This document shows positions 57,793-64,000 of a DNA stretch of 64,000 nt, one piece after another. How positions within the stretch are numbered: the first letter of the stretch is position 1; each line of letters starts with the position of its first letter. The DNA is from Thermoanaerobaculia bacterium (GTDB lineage Bacteria > Acidobacteriota > Thermoanaerobaculia > UBA5066), in the NCBI GenBank assembly GCA_963719225.1, contig CAVRAY010000002.1, forward strand, positions 544,001-608,000, given 5' to 3'. The notes beneath the pieces were generated by a model. That model saw only the letters and a list, made by a program, of their open reading frames with translations. It had not been told where the DNA came from and searched no databases. A program made the position numbers and the translations under genes.

Positions 57793-59334
57793 TCACTGCG
57801 CGTACGGCGCCGTCAGGAGCGCCGCGAGCGTCCTCATGCCGGAGAGGTAGTGGCCCATGCGCAGGTTCTCGTCGTACGCGTGCTGGTTGTTGTCGGGATT
57901 CACGACGGGGACCTGGACGAACGGCGCCTTCAGGGGCCCGACGATCGCGTGCGTCGGGAGCGTGCCGCCCATCATCCGGATGCGGACGAGAGGAGACGCG
58001 GGGAACGCCGCCGCGACCGCGGAGGAGGCCCAGCGGCCGACGGCGGAGTCGAACGGCTGACGCGCCGCTTCCTCGGGGAGATGCGCGTCGAATCGCGCGA
58101 GCTTCGGCCAGCGCGCGCGCTCCTCGTCCGTGGGCTCCCGCGCGACGAGGTGCCAGCCCTGCGCCTCGACGTGCCGCTTCAGGAGGCCGAGCAGGTACTC
58201 CGGGTCGGCCTCGACCGTCGTCCTGAGGTCGAGCTCGGCGACGGCGTCGCGCGGGACGACGTTCGCGGCCTTCTCGCCGACGCTCGCCGAGGCGAGGCCG
58301 CGCACGTTGAGGGACGGGGACTGGAGCGACTCCTGGTACGTCGCGCCGACCCTCTCCGGCCGCGCGATGCCCGTGCGCGCCTTCAGCGCGGCCTCGTCGT
58401 CGGGCACCTCGGCGAGGACCGCGCGGTCGGCGTCCGTCAGGCGCGTCTTCGCGTACCAGCCGGGCACGATCACGCGCCCGTCGTCGTCCTTCATCGTGGC
58501 GAGGAGGCGCGCGAGCCGGAACGCGGGGTTCGGCACCCAGTTGCCGAAATGCCCGCTGTGGAGCGGCGCCCGCGGTCCGAAGACGGTGAGGGTGACGGGG
58601 ACGACGCCGCGGTTGCCGAACGAGAGCGTTGGCCGGCCGGACGCGTGGAGCGGTCCGTCGAGGAGGACGACGGCGTCCGAGGAAAGGAGCGCCGCGTTCG
58701 CGGCGACCGCCGCGGCGATTCCGGGAGAGCCGGCCTCCTCCTCGCTGTCGAGGAGAACCTTCACGTGGACGGCGGGGTCGATCTTCTTCCCGCGGAGGAG
58801 GTCGAAGACCGCGAGGAACATGACGATCGGCCCCTTGTCGTCCGAGGCCGAACGCGCGAAGACGCGCAACTCGGGGTCGAAGTCGGGCTTCAGCAGCTCG
58901 GCGCGGTCGACCTCGTTCCATTTCCCGTCCGCGCCCAGGCGCTTCACGACGGGCTGCCACGGGTCCTTCTGCGCCCACTGCGACGGGACGACGGGCTGGC
59001 CGTCGAAGTGGATGTAGAAGAGGACGGTCTTCTCCCGCGCGCGGGGCGCACCGTACTCGGCGAAAACGAGCGGGCGGCCGCCGTTCTCGAGCGCCCGCGT
59101 CGCGAATCCGCGCTTCCGGAATGCCGCCTCGAGCCAGTCCGCGTTCCGGCGGACGTCCGCCGGGCGGATGGAGTCGTTCGGGATCGCGAGGAGGTCGAGA
59201 TACTCGGGGAAGCTCGCGGCCGCCGCGGCGGCGATCGACGCGTCGTCGACGCCGGGCGGAAGAGCGGCGGCGGCAGGCGGAGCCCACGCGGCGAGCGCGG
59301 CGACGAGCCACGGGACGGCGAAACGAGAGCTCAT
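57793..59334 (-). CDS. M20/M25/M40 metallo-hydrolase
   Basis: HFDGQP, SASDDKGP, SEEE, LHSGH, NQHAYDEN. Confidence 0.92.
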   Translation of the reverse strand: MSSRFAVPWLVAALAAWAPPAAAALPPGVDDASIAAAAAASFPEYLDLLAIPNDSIRPADVRRNADWLEAAFRKRGFATRALENGGRPLVFAEYGAPRAREKTVLFYIHFDGQPVVPSQWAQKDPWQPVVKRLGADGKWNEVDRAELLKPDFDPELRVFARSASDDKGPIVMFLAVFDLLRGKKIDPAVHVKVLLDSEEEAGSPGIAAAVAANAALLSSDAVVLLDGPLHASGRPTLSFGNRGVVPVTLTVFGPRAPLHSGHFGNWVPNPAFRLARLLATMKDDDGRVIVPGWYAKTRLTDADRAVLAEVPDDEAALKARTGIARPERVGATYQESLQSPSLNVRGLASASVGEKAANVVPRDAVAELDLRTTVEADPEYLLGLLKRHVEAQGWHLVAREPTDEERARWPKLARFDAHLPEEAARQPFDSAVGRWASSAVAAAFPASPLVRIRMMGGTLPTHAIVGPLKAPFVQVPVVNPDNNQHAYDENLRMGHYLSGMRTLAALLTAPYAQ

Positions 59335-59408
59335 GAGGAGGCCTCCCGACGGCGACTCTACCGCCGCCGCAGGAGTAGAGTGGCGACGGAGCGGTCGCGG
59401 AGGACACC

Positions 59409-59759
59409 TTGGCCGGACGACGCCTAACCGACATCGAACGGATCGCCCGGATGGAAGCCGCCGCGGCGGAGGCCGAGAACGTCCTCCGGATGGCAGACCT
59501 CCCGATCTACGCGAAGGCGGCCGGGCTGCGCAACGCCGTGGCCGCCGGCCTCTCGCCGCCGGCCGCGTTCGTCGAGGACGTGCGCGCGGCGCTCCAGGCG
59601 GAGCTGAGGAAGACCGTCGAGCCGGCGATCCCGGAGGGAATCGACTCCGGGATGACCCGGGCCACGCGGATCACGCTCCGCGGCGTCCTCAAGCGTTTCG
59701 AGGGCGCGTTCGGCGGCCCGGCGGGGATGAGCACCGCGAGGATGCGCCGCGAGAAGTGA
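59409..59759 (+). CDS. hypothetical protein
   Basis: 116 aa; RBS GGAGG. Confidence 0.6.
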   Translation: MAGRRLTDIERIARMEAAAAEAENVLRMADLPIYAKAAGLRNAVAAGLSPPAAFVEDVRAALQAELRKTVEPAIPEGIDSGMTRATRITLRGVLKRFEGAFGGPAGMSTARMRREK

Positions 59760-59780
59760 CGGCGTGTCGCTGAGCGTCCC

Positions 59781-61951
59781 TCAGTCGGCGCCGGGGCGCT
59801 CGCCGCTGCCGTACAGAGGGGACGTCGCGGGGATCGGCTCGCCGAACACGTAGTGGCCGAACCAGTCGAGGTTGTGCTGGAGAACGGCGCGGTTCGACTT
59901 CGGCTTCGTGATCGGGTGAGAGAAGCCCTTGTAGAGGACGAGGCGGGCCGGGACCCCGGCGTCCACGAGACCTCGATAGAGCTCGAACGAGTTCGGCGGG
60001 GGCACGCGTTTGTCGCTGTCGCCGTGCTGGATGAGCGTGGGCGTCTTCGCGTTCCGGATGTTCGTGATCGGCGAGGTGCTCGCGTAGATCTGCGGGTCCT
60101 CCCAGGGCGTCGCGTGGAGATACTGGCGCGTGAACGGCGTGATGTCCGTGTTCACGTAGTACGTCGTCCAGTCGCTGATGCCGGCCCCGACGGAGATCGC
60201 CTTGAATCGGTCGGTGTGGGTCGTGAGGAAAAAGGAGATGTAGCCGCCCTGCGACCAGCCCATCGATCCCATCCGCGTGCCGTCGACGATTCCCTTCGCG
60301 ATGAGCGCGTCGACCCCGCTCATGACGTCCCACATGTCGCCGATGCCGAGGTTGCGTACGTTGAGCGCACGAAACGCGCCGCCGTAGCCGGCGCTGCCGC
60401 GGTAGTTCGGCTCGAGGACGAGCGCTCCCTTCGCGAGGAACTGCTCGATCGGGTAGTGCGCTTCGCGGCCGGGCGAACCGGCCGCGAGACGCCCGTCGGT
60501 CCGCCGTGGATCACGACGAGAAGCGGGTACTTTCGCGACGAGTCGTAGTCGGCGGGCTTGTGGAGGACGCCCTCGATCGTCGCGCCGTCCCGGCTCTTCC
60601 ACGAGACGAGCTCGACGGTGCCGAGCGTGAAACCCGCGACCTGCGCGTTCATGTCCGTGAGCTTCTTCGGTGCGAAGCCGTCCGCCGCCGTCCTTGCGAC
60701 GAAGACCTCCGGAACGCTCTTCGCGTCGGACGCCGTGAACGCGAGGACCGCGCCGTCCCGCGAGAGGCCGGCGTCTCCGAGAAACAGGCTCTCCGGCGTG
60801 ACGCGCGCGATCGACGCCGTGGCGGGGTCCAGCCGGAAGAGGGCCGCGTGGACGCGCTGTCGGGCGCGGAAGAGGATCCCGGCCTTCGTCCAGTCGAGCA
60901 GGTACGCGTTCTCGTCGAACTTCGGAGTGAGGTCGACGACGTCCTCGGGCTTCGTGGCCGGTTTCTTCAGGACGTCCTCGACGTTCACGCTCGCGATGTG
61001 GTCGTTTGCGTAGAAGAAGTACGGCTGGGCGAGGGAGGTCCCGAACGCGAGCCGGGTCCCGTCGGGAGAGAAGCGCGGGCTCGTGTCCGGCCCGTCGAGC
61101 GCGACGACCTTGTGGACGGCGTTGCCGTGGGCGAGGTCCACGAAGTAGATGTCCGACGTGCCGCCGAAGGAGAGAAGCGGCCTCGACGTCGCGCCGAAGG
61201 CGATGCGCATTCCGTCGGGCGACCAGGCCGCGTCACGGACGTTTGCGCCCGGGTCCGTCACGACCGGGCGGAGCTCCGCCGGCTGTCCGCTCTTCTCGGC
61301 GCCCGCGACGTCGGCGAGCCACAGGTGGTTCTGGCTGAAGTCTTCCTCGAAGACTTCGTATTCGCTGTACCGTTCCTTCCGCTCCTTCGCGGCTTTCGAT
61401 TCCGGAGCGGGCGCGACGACCGCGAGGCGCGTGCCGTCCGGGGACCACCGGAACGAGTCGATCTTCGCGCCGTGGCGGGTGAGCTGCCAGGCCTCGCCGC
61501 CGGTCGGCGAGATGAGCCAGATCTGCCGCGCCTCCGGCTTGGCCTCGTCCTTCTTTCCGTCCTTCTTCCCGGCCTTCTTCTCCTCTTTCGCCTCGGTCTT
61601 CTCATCGAGCGGTGCGACCGTGCTCGATTCGCGTTCGGTGAGGAACGCGATCCAGCGGCCGTCGGGCGACCACTGCGCGCCGTCGCTCGACTTGCGGCCG
61701 CGGGTCAGCGGGAACGACCGGCCCGTCTGCGTGTCGGCGAGCCAGAGATGGGAGACGTACGCGTTCTCCTTCCAGTCCGTCTCGGTGACGTCGTAGCAGA
61801 CGAAGCGGCCGTCCGGCGAGGGCGTCGGCCGCGAGACCGACTCGAGGCTCAGGAGCTGGTCGAGCGTCGGCATGGCGCCGCGGAGGGCCGGCGCGACCGC
61901 GAACGCCAGGACGAGCGTAAACGTGGCATTTCTCCGGAGCGGCGTGGCCAT
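59781..61951 (-). pseudogene. S9 peptidase (TolB propeller + alpha/beta hydrolase), frameshift near 60470
   Basis: WSPDG repeats, IHGGP, then shifted frame PNYRGS, GWSQGG, HGDSD..VP, SH. Confidence 0.85.
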
Positions 61952-62083
61952 GGACTCACCTCCCTCGTCGACCCCGCGATTCTGCATCGGCCGGAGAAGG
62001 GACGGGCGAACCTCGGAAGCGGCTCGACCGCGAGCGGCTTCGGGCAGGTCCCCCGTTTCCGAGCCGGAGGAACCGCCGACCGG

Positions 62084-62737
62084 CTAGCGGAGGGCGAACG
62101 TCACGCCCGCCAGGATCTTCAGGTCGCGCGAGTTGACGGTTCCTCCGGCGGGTCCCGTCTCGAACACGTTCACGAGGCCCACCGAGTAGCGGCCTTCGAG
62201 GAGGAGCCCGGTTCCGCCCTTCAGCCGGTAGTGAAGGCCCGCGCCCGCGTCCAGAGCGATGTCCGTCGCGCGCGTCTGGTCCTGGAAGTCCGCGGTCCCG
62301 GACGCCGTCTCCACGTTCGCCGAAAGGCGGAACCCGACGTTCGGCCCGGCGAAGACGTACGGCCGGAGAGGGCCGGAGCCGAAGGTCAGGGCGGCCGTGA
62401 GGGGCAGCTCCACGTAGTCGAGCCGGTAGGTGGCCCGACCCGCGGCCGAGGAGACCTCGAACCCCTTCTGCGTGTAGAACGCCTCGAGCCGTACGGAGAA
62501 GAGCTCCGAGAACCTGGCCTGTAAGACTCCGCCGCCGAGAAAGCCGGTGCGGTCGGATTTCGAGGAGCCCGGCGGAAGGTCCGGGGCGAGCAGGGCGTTC
62601 GCGAAATTGACGCCGGCCTTCAGGCCCCACGACAGCTCGGGACCCCGGGCGGCCGAAGGCGGCGCCTGGGCAAGGGCCGGGTGACCGAGCAGGATCGGCG
62701 AGACGGCCAGGGTCAGAAGCCGGATGGTCTTGCGCAC
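62084..62737 (-). CDS. outer-membrane beta-barrel (porin-like) protein
   Basis: Signal peptide; GLKAGVNFA, YTQKG, YVELPL, EGRYSVGL. Confidence 0.82.
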   Translation of the reverse strand: MRKTIRLLTLAVSPILLGHPALAQAPPSAARGPELSWGLKAGVNFANALLAPDLPPGSSKSDRTGFLGGGVLQARFSELFSVRLEAFYTQKGFEVSSAAGRATYRLDYVELPLTAALTFGSGPLRPYVFAGPNVGFRLSANVETASGTADFQDQTRATDIALDAGAGLHYRLKGGTGLLLEGRYSVGLVNVFETGPAGGTVNSRDLKILAGVTFALR

Positions 62738-62811
62738 GCGAGATCCTCCCCCGCGAGAGGCGGCTCCGGCACGATAGGGTTCGCGGCCCTCTCGCGCTGT
62801 CACGATCGTGC

Positions 62812-63753
62812 TCAGCGGAGTCGTGCGGAGGCGGCGACGAGCCCTTTCATCCGGGCCGTGCGCCGGAAGGCTCCCGGCGTCATGTCGAATTCCCGCCGGA
62901 ACGCGGCGGTGAAGTGGCTGTGGCTGGAGTAGCCGTGGTCGAACGCGACCGCGCTCAGGTCGGCGTCGGGGCTCGCGACACGCTCCAGGGCCGCTCGCAG
63001 CCGAAGCCGGTGGCGATAGCGCGTGATCGTCGTTCCGGTGACGGCCCGGAAGACCCGGCACAGATGAAACGGCGAAGAGCCGACGGCGTCACCGACCTCC
63101 GCGAGTGAGATCGGCTCCTGGAGCTTGAGGGCGAGGAAGGCGCGCGCCGCGTGAACCGCGCTGTGATGACGAGCCCGCAGGGGTCGAAGCGGGGGCGCGC
63201 TCTTCTCCCACCGGCAGGCCGCGGCGGCGACGTCCGCGACGAGAGCGAGCGCCGCCTCGTCGACGTCGAGACGGTCCGAATCGCGTCTCCTCGAGACCCG
63301 GAGGTAGAGGAGTCGCTGGAGCAGGTAGGTGCGCGAGGAACTCGGGCCGGAAGCGGCGAGGAACGGCGCCTCCGGGCGTTCCGTGACCGCCGGGTCGAAT
63401 CTCGACAGCGCCTCGAGGAGAATGTCCGTGCGGACGGCGATCGCGCTCCCGTCGTCGCCCGCTCCGCAGGGATGGCTCGTGCGGTAGGACTCGCCGCCGT
63501 TGAGGAAAAGAACGGTCCCTTGCTCGATCGTGTCGCGCCGGCGGCCCTTGTGAAGCGCGAAGACTCCCTGGTACGGGAAGCCGATCACGTGGACCGGCTG
63601 TCGCTGCTCGCGGCCGAGCGCGGGATCCGTCGGCCGGCACCGGTAGCGCGAGATCTGGACCATCGAGCCGGCGTACAGCCAGTCGATCGAGACGTCCAGG
63701 TCGGGAAGCGGCGGGTTCGTCCCGGTTCGCGGCGGCGCTTCTTGCTCTCGCAC
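62812..63753 (-). CDS. AraC-family transcriptional regulator
   Basis: SPFHLCRVFR...GYSSHSHFTAAFRREFDMTP. Confidence 0.92.
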   Translation of the reverse strand: MREQEAPPRTGTNPPLPDLDVSIDWLYAGSMVQISRYRCRPTDPALGREQRQPVHVIGFPYQGVFALHKGRRRDTIEQGTVLFLNGGESYRTSHPCGAGDDGSAIAVRTDILLEALSRFDPAVTERPEAPFLAASGPSSSRTYLLQRLLYLRVSRRRDSDRLDVDEAALALVADVAAAACRWEKSAPPLRPLRARHHSAVHAARAFLALKLQEPISLAEVGDAVGSSPFHLCRVFRAVTGTTITRYRHRLRLRAALERVASPDADLSAVAFDHGYSSHSHFTAAFRREFDMTPGAFRRTARMKGLVAASARLR

Positions 63754-64000
63754 TTACATTGAGTACGCGAGGCGCCATTCGCGGTTTCAGTCGTGCTTCA
63801 CCGTCGCGGGCTCAACTTCTCCCCGGGGGCTCGGTGGCGACCATGGCGCAGGCGAGCCCTTCCTTGGCCTCAGGGCTTTCGCCCAAGCTGCCATTGGAAC
63901 CCCTCTCAGAGTTTTCGCCCCGCCCCCGAAATCGCGAGGCTTCGCCGTCTCGGGCTCAGCCGTCGGAGGATCGGGATGGAGCTCGGGATCGATGACAAGA

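Overview
High-GC bacterial DNA. Gene content suggests Acidobacteriota/Thermoanaerobaculia; this is inference, mainly from the C-terminal PCRLLDTR...HLILDVFGYY domain at 28.8-29.2 kb. The window has two parts. (1) About 0.46-19.8 kb is a cassette array. Ten near-identical, 5'-truncated direct copies of one LysR-regulator gene, plus an 11th remnant, alternate with compact cargo cassettes. The cargo is nine toxin-antitoxin pairs (HigBA, RelE/Gp49-HTH, 2x HicAB, 4x MNT-HEPN, DUF433-DUF5615), two signal-peptide Ig-domain mini-Rhs toxins with immunity genes, a pRiA4b ORF-3 gene and gene remnants. Nine of ten copies end at the same point: the lysR stop codon position, inside a G-quadruplex-consensus G-tract. 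Their 5' ends vary, and their internal deletions occur in recombinant combinations. No integrase or transposase is visible, so this looks like an integron-like array that uses a protein-coding gene fragment as its recombination repeat. (2) About 20-64 kb is ordinary chromosome with some notable items: a divergent GlpX-like protein, a degenerate acyl-CoA ligase, an HZS-alpha-like heme protein, two RRM genes with a shared leader and terminator, an uncharacterised six-gene operon, and several internally deleted or frameshifted genes. All family assignments come from motif recognition by eye, not from database searches.
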